In this document: piece after piece, positions 52,321 through 64,000 of the stretch | Numbering within the stretch: position 1 is the stretch's first letter | Layout: each line of letters opens with the position of its first letter | Notes under the pieces: generated by a model | What the model saw: the letters and a program-made list of their open reading frames with translations, nothing else | Told to the model about the DNA's origin: nothing | Databases searched by the model: none | Position numbers and translations under genes: made by a program | Source of the DNA: Malacoraja senta | Lineage: Eukaryota | Reading direction: 5' to 3' | DNA length: 64,000 nt | NCBI GenBank assembly: GCA_038087875.1 | Contig: CM075993.1 | Coordinates: 7,132,001-7,196,000 of the forward strand

Positions 52321-53044
52321 CCCTGGGGTTAAAATGGAAAAAGGGTGTACTTGTGACTGGGTCACGGGAGCCTTAGGGAAGCGGTGTGCCTGGCCCATGA
52401 GGCTTATCTTGGGATTGTGCGACTCCATATGGAAAGTCATTTGGAAAGGGACGGTGCCTTTAACAAGTGTAGAAATAGCCTGGTGTTTACATTTGAGAAC
52501 ATAATAAGCACAGGAGTCACAGCTAATGTGTGATTAGCCCGCTAGACAGCTTATTCCACGTAGTTTTCTGATCCACGGTTTAAAAAAATATCATGACCAC
52601 TAATGTACTCTTCGAGCCTACTCCACCACTGTCCGCTGTAGGCCTTGAAGTTACTTTCTCCCTGTGCCCCTCACTATTACAGTTTAACTATCTGCCCGTT
52701 ATCTTAAGTATATTCAACAGCTCCTCTTCCACAGGTCTCTGCGATAAAGAGTTCCAAAAATTTGCAATCTTTGGCCAATGTATTTCTGCGCGTCCGTTTG
52801 AAACGCATGGCTCCTTATTTTGCAACTGTTTCTAGGAGCCTCAATGAGGGGAAAGGTCCTCTGAGACTCATTACAGTTTCATTACACTAGAGTGAGCATA
52901 AGATCTAATTATTCAATCTTTCTATGTATACCAACCCCTCAGTGCTAGGAATTAACCAAGTAATCCTCTTATCTCCAATGCAAGCATGATGTTCCTTAAA
53001 TATGGAGCAGTATACAAGATGTGCTTTCACTAGTACCCTGTAAC

Positions 53045-53432
53045 CAATGATCCTATAGCGGAGCAAGATAGATCACTCCTGCTAAATGCAATGGGCTGAC
53101 GTGTAGTACGCAACGGAACGTGGGCCTTTTTTTCATCCATTTCAGTAACCCGACCCGACTCGCAGTGTAATCAACGTTGCGGGGGAACAGTTTGTGTTAA
53201 TAAATTAAAATTCCGAAAATGAGGAGATTTTTACCAAATAACTTTTATATTTACGAGGATATTTCCGTAACCGGCTTCCTTCTCCGCACTAGTATCTTTG
53301 CTCCGCTATGGGATCTTTGGTGCGGAGACGGAAGCCGGTTACGGAAATGGGGCCGAAAATTACCCATGAATCTGCCCATGACCGTACTACGTCTTTTTCG
53401 AGTGATCTATCTTGCTTGCTATAGGATCTTTG
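53045..53432 (+). mobile_element. ~390-bp MITE, copy 1
   Basis: TIR CAATGATCCTATAGCGGAGCAAGATAGATCACTC / GAGTGATCTATCTTGCTTGCTATAGGATCTTTG; GTAAC on both flanks. Confidence 0.85.
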
Positions 53433-55739
53433 GTAACACTATCAAAACTTTTATACTCCACAAACCTTGCGATAAAGTCCAATATTCCATGCCCTTTCCT
53501 AATTGCTTGCTCTACCTACATGCTAACTTTTTTGACCATGCTACTCTTGCCACAGATACCTTCTTACTAGCAAGATTTTAGTATTTTCATCAAATAATAC
53601 TTTGCCAATTCCTCCTCCTTATTTCCAGCTTGTATAAACTTTGCACTTTCCTACGTTGCTGTCAGTCTGCCAAATTCTTTCACTCACTTAACCAATCTCT
53701 AATTCCTTTGCAGGCTGTTTGTATTCTTTGCAAAATCTGCTAATCTATCTGTTGTATTGTTGGTAAATTTGGCTATAATACACTCAGCCTCTTCATCTGA
53801 GCTATTAATATAGATTATAAATAGTTCAAATAATCCCCATACCATTTAAACTCTGCGGTCATATTTTGCCAACAAATATTATTTTCTCTCTCTTGTGTTC
53901 TATCAGCAATTTCCTAGCTGGGTTGATTTTTTTACATGCCATCTTTTATAGAATTTATCAAATACTTTTTAGGTCCAAATAAATAATATCAGCAATAATA
54001 AATAGACATTTTATTGTCATATAATGTAGTTTCTTCAACATTTCAATCAAGTTCTTATATCGCAACCCTCCTTTAACAAATCCATGCTGGTTTAACAAGT
54101 TAACTGAATACATTTGTTTCAATCGCGATCATTAGAGATTCTCATAATTTCCTGGCAAATCACGTTAATTGATCTTTAATGGCCAGGTTCTATCCTCCCG
54201 CCATTTTCGAATAGCAGAAATGACGTGCATTTCTTTTTCAGTCAAAGGAAACTTTTTTGAATCGAGAACTTTGTACAACGGCAATGAGATTATTTACCTA
54301 TTCTCATGTACTTTGCTTAAAACTCTGAGATGGAATATGTGTAGTCTGAGGACATTGCCATTTCTATCTCTGTTTTTGAGTAGTCTCATACACTGAATCA
54401 GTATTGGCTGAATAAGGCTCTCGACCCAAAATATCACCTATTCCTTTTCTTCAGAGATGCAGTCTGACCCGCTGAGTTACTCTGGCTTTTGGTGTCTATC
54501 TTAGCTTTTTTGAGGTGCCTTTCTTGTCCTAGAGTCAAAGAGTGATACAGTTTGGAAACAAGCCCAACTTGCCCAACATCTCCCAGCTACACTAGTCCCA
54601 CCTGCCTGCGCTTGGTCCATATCCCTCCAAACCTGTCCTATCCATGTACCTGTCAAACAGTCTCTTAAATGTTGGGTTAGTCCCTGCCTGAACTACCTCC
54701 TCTGGCAGCTTGTTCCAAACACCCACCACCCTGTGTGAAAACATCCTCTGCTGTTTCCTTGAGTTCATATGACTATTGGCACTATTCACTGCTCTAGACT
54801 TTTATGATATTCCTATGCTTTTGTTTTCATGCTCCTTTGCTACCTGTTCTGTTGCCATGCCATTTGCTCTCGACGGGATCGGCACTAGTATTTGCATTTT
54901 GCACTGTAGCTTTATTCTCTTATCTCTGATCATCAGTGGCTTTCCTGGCAACCACAACACTTGTTGCTCTGCGATTATAGGCAGATCCGGCACAGCAGTA
55001 AGCCTCTTTTTGAGCAGCTTCCACTGAAGCACTGCCATTTTGTTCACTAGTCAGTTTCCCAGTTTACCCTGTTCACCACACGGAAGTCAGCAGTGGTTAG
55101 ATCTGGAAACTTATACACTGCTTTTCATTTCTTTCTTTCAAGCTCAGTAACATTATTATTCAATGAATATTCATGCTCCCATTAGGCTGTTGATTAGTTC
55201 TGTTTCATCGGTCAATACCAAACTTATTGTAGACACAAGAAACTGCAGGTGCTGTAATCTTGCACAAAAGTGCTGGAGGAACTCGGCAGGTCAGGCCAGC
55301 ATCTGTCGAGGGAAAGCACAAGCGACGTTTCAGGGTGGGTCTCTTCCAGCTAGCCCTTTCGTCTTCTTTTCGTCACCCCAAACAGTCCTGCGACTCAAAT
55401 GGGTTACTCCAGAACTTTTTTTTTAATTGAAAAGCAGAATCTGCAATATCTTGTATCCATAAATTAGCGGCTTGTTCTTCTGAGATGTGAATTTACTTTT
55501 AAAATAGCGTGAGGGTTCATTGTCGGAAAAATCTTGCACTCTTGCTGAAGTGAAGTTTACAGTTTAGTTCAGCTATTGCAGAAGCTATCTTCTGTCCAGA
55601 TGATTCAATGCAACATGTATGTGAAAGTTGAGGGCACCACACTTGTAATTTATTGATGTTATGATCTCTTTTTCCGGTGTCATGTTCCTATTACGCTGGA
55701 TATTTTCAAATCCAATTCTCAAAGTTATTTGTATAAAGT

Positions 55740-55960
55740 CTGAGAAGGGACTGCAGATGCTGGAAAAATCGAAGGGAAATAAAAATGTTGGAGAAACTTA
55801 GCGGGTGAGGCAGCATCTATGGAGCGAAGGAATAGGTGACTTTTCGGGTCGAGACCCTTCTTCAGGCTGAAGAAGGGTTGACCCGAAACGTCACCTATTC
55901 CATCGCTCCATAGATGCTGCCTCACCCGCTGAGTTTCTCCGGCATTTTTAATCTATCTTT
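55740..55960. repeat. Foldback of two inverted Penelope-derived terminal repeats; similar at ~14540-14682, 16566-16765, 23015-23250, 36955-37305, 40230-40450, 41135-41335, 41830-42025, 50020-50290, 57836-58022
   Basis: TGCTGGAG.AACTCAGCGGG...CCCTTCTTCAG followed directly by its reverse complement. Confidence 0.85.
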
Positions 55961-58900
55961 TGTGTAAAGTCTGATGTACGGCTCATTCCTTCCCAAGGGT
56001 AGTCTTGTTCACAAATTCTTTCTTCACTCTTTTTGCCCTCGCCCTCATCACTTTTTCATCGGCAACCTCTCCTCATTACACTTTCATTTGGCAAATACAC
56101 TTCTCTTTATCCCAAGTTGACCACTTGATCCCATTGTTGCTTGTATGTTATAGGCTCACACCGCATGGAAACGGGCCCCTCGGTCCATCGAATACCCTTC
56201 TACGCTATTCCCATTTTATTCTTCCCACATTCCCACCAGCTCCCTCCTGACCACATCTTGCTCCCTATCAGGGGTAAATTTGGATGAACATACCAAACAC
56301 CAGAGTTTGGGATGTGGGAGGAAAGCGGAACACCTGGACGAAACTCACACAATCATATGGGGAGGCACATCGGCAGTGTTGCAGCCTTACAGCACCAGAG
56401 ACCCAGGTTAGATCCTGACTACAGGTGCTGTCTGTACGGGGTTTGTACGTTCTCCCTGTGAACACGTGGGTTTTCTCCAGGTGCTCCAGTTCCCTCCCAC
56501 ACTCCAAAGACGTATAGGTTTGGCTGTTAATTAGCTTTGGTAAAAATGGTAAATGTCCCTAGTGTGTGGGATAGTGCAAGTGTACGGGGATCGCTGGACG
56601 ATGCAGACTCAGTGGGCTGAAGTGCCTGTTTCAGCACTCTACCTGTAAAAAATGAAAACATAAGGAGATCTTGCAAATTCTAGAGGAGCGCAGTTGAACC
56701 TGGCTGTTACTGTGTGTGTTTATCTGTAGCTGTGAGGCAGCAGTTCTAATAGCTGTGCCGCTGTATCCGAGGTACAGATGGTGAGACCGTTGATTTCAAA
56801 ATCCACTGACCAAGCAATGCATGAAGATGTGTGGCGGAGAGCGAGAAAATTAGAACAGATCATACCGAACACACCATGGTGTCAGCTAGGCTTACTGTGG
56901 AGGGATTATGCATTTCAGCAGCTATCTAGTGCAATAGAAATTGGCCATGGTAACTTAGAACAGACTCTAGACCATTTGCTAAGGTCGGATGGCGGATCTA
57001 TAATACAAATGTGTAAATGATTTCTTAATGTGATTTCAACTGGGTTATGTCCATGGCAAGTTACATTGCAGTTGGCGTTGTGTATCATTGAAGCAAGCAT
57101 GCTTGTGGGCCTTCGTTGGCTGGACAGGCTAGATAAGGCTGCGACCTTCCACACCTCAATAAGTGACAGGCAGCTGCTTTATTCTATTATTCTTGGGTGC
57201 AAGCATGCTAGATGTCAAACGCTAGATTGGGCAGTCACGGTGGCGCAGTGGTAGAGTTGCTGCCTTATAGCGAATGCAACGCCGGAGACATGGGTTCGAT
57301 CCCGACTACGGGTGCTGTCTATACGGTGTTTGTACGTTCTCCCCGTGACCTGCGTGGGTTTTCTCCGAGATCTTCGGTTTCCTCCCACACTCCAAAGACA
57401 TGTAGGTTAATTGGCTTGGTAAATGTAAAAATTGTCCCTAGTGGGTGTAGGATAGTGTTAATGTGCGGGGATCGCTGGGCGGCGCGGACCCGGTGATCTG
57501 TAAACTAAACTAGAAGCTAGATGTTTAGATTGGGCTAGAGTTTGCTTTGGAAATTTATAACATCGGCTGTGAATTTCCATCTACCTCCCATTTGCTTGTG
57601 TCTCCCAACCCCACGCCTCCCCTTACCCCACCCGGCAGCATCTTACACCCCTCCCTCCCTCCTCGACCAACCTTGCTCACTCCTTCCCTCCCCCCATTCT
57701 GCCGGCTCTCTTCCCTCTCCACTTTAAATCCTGAGGTAGCGTTCTCAACCGGAAACATTGACAATTCCCATCTACCCACTCCACCTGCGGAATTCCTCCA
57801 ACATTTTACATCTGCATGGCCAAGAACCTACCTGCAGGTAGACACAAAAAGCTGAAGTAACTCAGCGGGACAGGCAGCATTTCTGGAGAGAAGGAATGGG
57901 TGACGTTTCGGGAAGAAACGTCACCCATTCCTTCTCTCAAGCGATGCTGCCTGTCCCGCTGAATTATCCAGCTTTTTGTGTCTATCTTCAGTTTAAACCA
58001 GCATCTGCAATTCCTTCCCACACACACTACCTGCAGGTGCAGGAATGCAGCAAAACATGCAATGGGAGGTTGCGAGATACATGCTGAATGTCACCTTTCA
58101 AACATTGAACTTTCCCCCCCCACTAATGTCACAGATTGGGACTAGCGCACAAGGACTGATGCACCTCATTCCCAATGCACTTTTAATGGTATAGTTAAAA
58201 CTAACTGATCAAAGCCCCTTGGCTGAAAGTTAAATTTTATATGGAGAATATCTCTCAGTTCTTAATTTTAAGATTTTCATTATACTGTTCTCCGTACAAT
58301 TTTTTTCTGCTCTCTATATCTGGTGAATGAATTCTAATTAGACAATAGGTGCAGGAGTAGGCCATTCGGCCCTTCGATCAGCCATGATTCAATGTGATCA
58401 TGGCTGATCATCCCCAATCAGCACCCCGTTCCTGCCTTCTCCCCATATCCCCTGACTCCGCTATCTTTAAGAGGCCTATCTAGCTCTCTCTTGAAAGTAT
58501 CCAGAGAGATCCAGATACACCGCCCTCTGAGGCAGAGAATTCCACAGACTCACAACTCTCTGTGAGAAAAAGTGTTTCGTCGTCTCCGTTCTAAATGGCT
58601 TACCCCTTATTCTTAAACTGTGGCCCCTGGTTCTGGACTCCCCCAACATCGGGAACATGTTTCCTGCCTCTAGCGTGTCCAAACCCTTAATTATAGCATG
58701 GACATCCTAATGGAGACAATGGATTGCACATTAACAAAACCAGTTTGTTGGTGGAGGTCTACTTTTCTCTGCCCTTTTTAAAGCAAGTCCCTGTTACCCT
58801 TTGGAGCAGGGTCTCTGGAGACAGTGCAGTCCAAGTTCACAGGGACACTGGTGCCTGTTTTGACACTTTTTCTTTTTCTGGACCCGCTGATATCCTCTCC

Positions 58901-59468
58901 CACTGTGTGTTTGCAGAAATGAAAGTTTGTGTTGCAGGTCACCATCCAAATTTAATTTTGGAGCACACAAATATTTTGTGGAGTTATTCCCCCCATTTCT
59001 GGATATTTGCTTCCCTGCACTAGTTTGTGATAGTGGCTTCATAACTTGAACCAATGATGGTCTGTGGGTAGAATGAATAATTGGCAACCACTTGAGTAGA
59101 GACTAAGAGTTTGGTATTCACTGGAGGTGTGAGACCCAGTTTAGACATACAGCCTGGAAAAAGGCCCTTCGGCCCACCGTGACCGTGCCGTCCAGCAATC
59201 ACCTGTACACTAGTTCAATCCTATACACTGGGGACAATGTACAGAAGACAATTAACCTGCATTGCTTTGAAATGTGGGAGGAAACTGGAAGAGCCGGAGA
59301 AAACCCACGCAGTCTCAGGGAGAATGTACAAACTGTACAGACAGCACCCGAGGTCAGGATCGAGCCCTGATCTCTGACGCTGTAGGGCAACAACTCTACC
59401 GCTGCGCCACTGTGCTCCCCGCTGGTGCATATAAAATACATTGCTTGTTCTCTGTAAATGGATACAAT

Positions 59469-59863
59469 CAAAGATCCTATAGCAAGCAAGATAGATCACT
59501 CGACGAAAAAGACGTAGTACGGTCATGGGCGGATTCATGGGTAATTTTCGGCCACATATCCGTAACTGGCTTCCGCCTCCGCACCAAAGATCCCATAGCG
59601 GAGCAAAGATACCAGTGCGGAGACGGAAGCTGGTTACGGAAACATCCGCGTAAAAATAAAAGTTCTTTGTTAAAAATCTTCTCATCATTTTCAGAATTAT
59701 AATTTATTAACACAAACTGTTCCCCCGCAACGTTGATTACACTGTGAGTCGGGTTACTGAAATAAAATGAAAAAAAGGCCCACGTTCCACTCCGTTGCAT
59801 ACTACACGTCAGCCCATTGCATTTAGAAGGAGTGGTCTATCTTGCTTCGCTATAGGATCTTTG
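59469..59863 (-). mobile_element. ~390-bp MITE, copy 2, inverted relative to copy 1, with 8-bp TSD
   Basis: CAAAGATCCTATAGC...GCTATAGGATCTTTG; GATACAAT at 59461-59468 and 59864-59871. Confidence 0.9.
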
Positions 59864-59933
59864 GATACAATGATGGACTTGCATACATATTCACTGAAAC
59901 CTTGGCCTGAGTTTGCACATTGTTTTGTTTCAG

Positions 59934-60043
59934 CTGTACTATCAAGTGTTGAATTTTGGCATGATCGTGTCATCCGCGCTGATGATATGGAAGGGACTGA
60001 TGGTTCTCACAGGGAGTGAGAGTCCAATCGTAGTGGTACTCAG
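59934..60043 (+). CDS. SEC11A: SEC11A coding exon 2 (110 nt)
   Basis: ttttgtttcag|CTG TAC TAT...CTC AG|gtaaga. Encodes [36 protein letters not shown](S), including the transmembrane segment. Confidence 0.96.
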
Positions 60044-62973
60044 GTAAGAGATTAGTCTTTAATACATTTATTATTTTTGTTGACTTTTAAGACGTCTTGT
60101 TAAAGGGATATGCAAAATGCTGGAGGAACTGAGCGGGACAGGCAGCACCTCTGGAGAGAAGGAATGGGTGACGTTTCGGGTCGAGACCCTTCTTCAGACA
60201 GTTAAAGGGATGTTCTCTTTCCTTTCCTCCACCCACTCTCCCTCGCCCACCACCATCCCAAAGCCATTGCCTTTGGTTGAAATGATCCTGCATGATTAAA
60301 GAGTGTCCGAGGACCTCCAGTGAGGTAGTTGGTAGGACAGAACGGTTCCATAGATGGTGGTAGGATGGTTTGGTTGCCTGATAATAGCTGGGGGAAAACT
60401 ATCCATCAATCTGGAAGTGTGACTTCGCACTTCTGTACTTCTTGCCTGGTGGGAGTGAGTAGCAGAGGGAGAGACTGGTCCTTGATTATACTGGTGGCTT
60501 TGCCGAGGCACCATGAAGTGTGGAAGGAGTCAAGGAAAGGGAGGTAGACACAAAATGCTGGAGTAACTCAGCGGGACAGGCAGCATCTCTGGAGAGAAGG
60601 AATGGGTGTCTTTTCGGGTCGAGACCCTTCTTCAGACAAAAGGGATGCTGGTTTGCATGATTTGGGCTGCGTCCACATCACTCTGCAGTTTCTTGCGTTC
60701 TTGGATGGAGCTGTTCCCAAAAATGATTAAATCTGGAACTTCTGCTCCCTTTTCAACAGCACAACAATGTATGCGATGATAAATCAAATTTGATGATAAA
60801 TCAAATTGTTGAGTATACGGTTAATAAAAGTGGGAGGATTGCACTTTATTCATGATGTGGATGTGATTCTTGTTGTTTAATGAAATCTCCACGTCCCCAA
60901 CTTGTATTCATGTGCAGCATTCGTTGAATGTGTTTCAATCTGAAGAGTTTGGCTAGCTGTGAGCATGTACACTGAAGCAAAAGGCTGGTGCAATGAAGAT
61001 TATCTAGTGCATAAACATACTTAGATCAGAAGGAGTCTGGGATAAGTCTCTGAGGGAAAAAACCCAGTGGATATTAAAATTCTGGAATAATCACAAACGG
61101 TTGTGCTGATTTGTAGGTAGGACAGTGTCTGGGAATAGTGAACTAAAATTGATATTCCAAGTCTATTAAAGGGGGTCAGCAATCTATATTGTTAAGTTGC
61201 TCTCCACAGTCGCTGTCTGACTTGAATATTTTCAATAATTAAATATATTTAATTCACCAAATTAAATCCTGAGAGGAATAGATTGGGTAGATGCACAGAG
61301 TCCCTTGCCCAGAGTGGGTGAATCGAGGACCAGAAGACATCGGTTTAAGGTGAAGGGGTAAAGATATATTGGGAATCTGAGGGATAACTTTTTCACACAA
61401 AGGGTGGTGGATGTATGGAACAAGCTGCCAGAGGGGGTAGTTGAGGCTGGGACTATCCCAACATTTAAGAAACAGTTAGGTTCATGGATAAGCCAGGTTT
61501 GGAGGGATACAGGCCAAGCGCATGCAGGTGGGACAAGTGCAGCTGGGACGTGTTGGCACATTGGGCTGAAGGGCCTGTTTCCGCACTGTATTACTCTATA
61601 ACTAAAAGACTTGCATGAAAAGTATTTTCCTTTCAAAAAGGAACAAATCATATTTGAATATGCTGCAGTTCAAAGTTGACTGAGTTGTAGAATTTGATCC
61701 CAAGCCATGGTCAAGTTTATTGTCATATGCACAAGTGTGGCGAGCGAGGTGTAGGTAGGTACGGTGACATTACAGGCCCCTTCTATACACCTTGTACACC
61801 CACGACTGTGCAGCCAAATCCAAATCCAACTCAATTTACAAATTCACTGACGACACCACCATAGTGAGCCAGATATCAAATAATGATGAGACAGAGTACA
61901 GGAAGGAGATAGCGAACCTTACCTGATGTCAAAACAACCTTTCCATCAATGTCAGTAAGACAAAGGAGATAATGAAGCGATACACATACCCCAGTATAAA
62001 ATGTCGATGCCCAGGTCAAGATGGTTGAAAGCTTCAAGTTCCAAGGAGTAAATATCACCAGCAACTAGTCCTGCACTAGCCATATCGAAGCAATGGCCAA
62101 GCAAGCACACCAACACCTCTCTTCCTGCACCTGGTGGTGTTGGACCTCAGGCTTCTGTACCTTCCTGCCCAGCGGTAGAGGCGAGAAGAAGGGTTTGCCC
62201 GTATGGATGAAGTCCCTGATGATTGATGCTGCCGTCTTGAGGCAGCACCTCGTATAGGTGCTTAAAATGGTGGGCAGGGCTGTGCCCATTATGAACTGGG
62301 GTGAATTTGCCATTCTCTGCAGCCTCTTGCATTCCTCTGGGTTCGAATTGCCATACCAGGCCGCGATGCAAACAGCCGGGATAATTTACAGCCTGAGAAT
62401 TTGAAGCTGCTATTTCTACCCACTACCAGCCCTCCAATGGAAACTGGTGTGTAGCCTTCCGAATTCCTCCTTCGGAGTCAGCGGTTACTTCCTTGGTTTT
62501 GTTCTTTTTTTTTGTTGTTTAGTTTAGAGATACTGCTTGGAAACAGGCCATTCGACCCACCGAGTCCGTGCAGGCCAGCAATCCCCGTACACTAACGCGA
62601 TCCTACACACACTAGGGACAATTTACAATTGTACCAAGCCAGTTAACCTACACACCTGTACGTCTTTGGAGTGTGGGAGGAAACCGAATATCCCGGGGAT
62701 AACCCACGGGGAGAACGTGCAAACTCCATACAGACAGCACCCGTGAGTGGAATCGCGAGTCGATCCTATGCTTGGCTCGTAGGTGGAAAAATAATAAAGC
62801 AACTTTAATTGTAAACCATTGTGGTGTCTGCTGGACATGAGTCATCTGGTTGTGGTGCAGATGACAACCATGAAAGGGACTGGTGAATAATCAACTCTGT
62901 GAACAAGATACAAGAGGGGTGATGGCTTTTAAACTAAGATGATGGTGGAGGTAGAATAACTGGGTGCAGTTCA

Positions 62974-63361
62974 CAGGTCCACCACCGGATTTTCCGGCTG
63001 CCGTGGTTCCAGGGCCTTTTTGGATTGTCCGTTTTGCTAGACCAACAGAGGTCACGTCTCCGGGAGGAGTCGAGCGGTATCGGAGCAGGCCGCCGCCGGG
63101 GAACCGAGATACCGGCCTGTGAAGTCGGCTATGGGAATGGATCTGCCGGCTCCAGCCAGGCCGTAGTTCCAGAGCCCCGGCCACAGGTGGCAAATACGAT
63201 CGGCCGCGGAAGTCCCAATGAGGTAGAGATCGGCCGCATCCCCCGGCCTAGGCACCACATTTTTGGGGGGACTTCCGGGGTGGGGGGTTTCAAATGCGTT
63301 GATATAATTTTATAAAGGAGGTGCAGGACCACCAGTTGCCGGATAATCGGTGGTGAGCCTG
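62974..63361. mobile_element. Tc1/mariner (Tigger/pogo-like) MITE
   Basis: Imperfect TIR CAGGTCCACCACCGGATTTTCCGGC / GCCGGATAATCGGTGGTGAGCCTG|TA; GC-rich interior. Confidence 0.6.
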
Positions 63362-63428
63362 TAATTATAACTGTGCTAGTGCTCTGAAATATTGCTTTCT
63401 CTTCTGATATTCTTTCCGTTTACTTCAG

Positions 63429-63578
63429 TGGGAGCATGGAACCGGCGTTCCATCGGGGGGACCTGCTATTCCTGACAAACCGCGTGGAAGATCCTATCAG
63501 AGTCGGAGAAATCGTTGTCTTCAGAATTGAAGGGCGAGAAATTCCAATTGTGCACAGAGTGCTGAAGATTCACGAGAA
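63429..63578 (+). CDS. SEC11A: SEC11A coding exon 3 (150 nt); gene continues past window end
   Basis: tacttcag|T GGG AGC ATG...GAG AA|gtaagt. Encodes (S)[49 protein letters not shown], with catalytic Ser (GSMEP) and His (IVHR) of S26 peptidases. Confidence 0.96.
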
Positions 63579-63892
63579 GTAAGTGGCCCTGAGCCAGCGA
63601 ACCGTAAACTGAGCCTAAAGTTAGAAACATAGAAAATAGGTGCAGGGATGGGCCATCGTGCCGATATGTTATGATCATGGCTAATCCTAAATCAGTACCC
63701 CGTTCCTGCTTTCTCCCCACATCTCTTGATTCCGTTAGCCCTAAGAGCTAAATCGAATAGCCCTGTCCCACGGTACGAGTTCATTCCAAGAGCTCTCCCG
63801 AGTTTAAAAAAAATCAAACTCGTGGTAAGCGCGGAGAATGAACGTAGCGGGTACGTCGGAGCTCGGGGACGTCTCTTAGCGCTAACGGCAGG

Positions 63893-64000
63893 TAATAATA
63901 ATAATAATAAATTTTATTTATGGGCGCCTTATACCAAAGTCTCAAGGACACCTTACAGAGTTTAACAAGTAAGAAACATATAATCGGAGTAAAATAAATT
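63893..64000 (-). mobile_element. Probable L2-like 3' end
   Basis: (AAT)n followed by TTTATTTATGGGCGCCTT...CTCAAGGACACCTTACA, similar to the 3' ends at ~1290 and ~44100. Confidence 0.5.

Noticed and set aside
50809..52376. Long His/Thr/Pro-rich ORFs (e.g. 294 aa at 50809-51693)
   Set aside because: Translations of low-complexity intronic CA/CT tracts that lack stop codons by composition.
121..60640. Recurrent near-identical short palindromic motifs suggesting a CRISPR-like array
   Set aside because: Dispersed, in both orientations, without regular spacers, in a vertebrate genome; they are transposon termini.

Overview
Eukaryotic, repeat-rich vertebrate DNA. HE1-type tRNA-SINEs, abundant CR1 3' ends, Rex1/Babar and Penelope-like fragments point to a cartilaginous fish, probably a skate or ray (inference). 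Two spliced genes lie on the + strand: the last four coding exons and 3' UTR of a ZNF532/592/687-family zinc-finger gene, best matching ZNF592 (355-17341), and the CpG-island promoter and first three coding exons of SEC11A (50754-63578, continuing past the window). Most of the rest is transposon-derived, and most ORF-track entries are fragments of those repeats. I found no clear new multi-gene system. The most unusual observations are: a 108-nt eIF4G2 coding fragment between 30-bp direct repeats; a very abundant Penelope-derived repeat with a hammerhead-ribozyme-like core that often forms foldbacks; a CAAAG-terminated MITE with an 8-bp TSD (possibly P-superfamily); a ~140-bp (AAG)n-tailed retroelement with TSDs; a second 3'UTR-like block interrupted by a Tc1 element; and a 39-bp inverted duplication. 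Protein-family matches are from recall, not database searches. Repeat boundaries are approximate unless TIRs or TSDs are cited.
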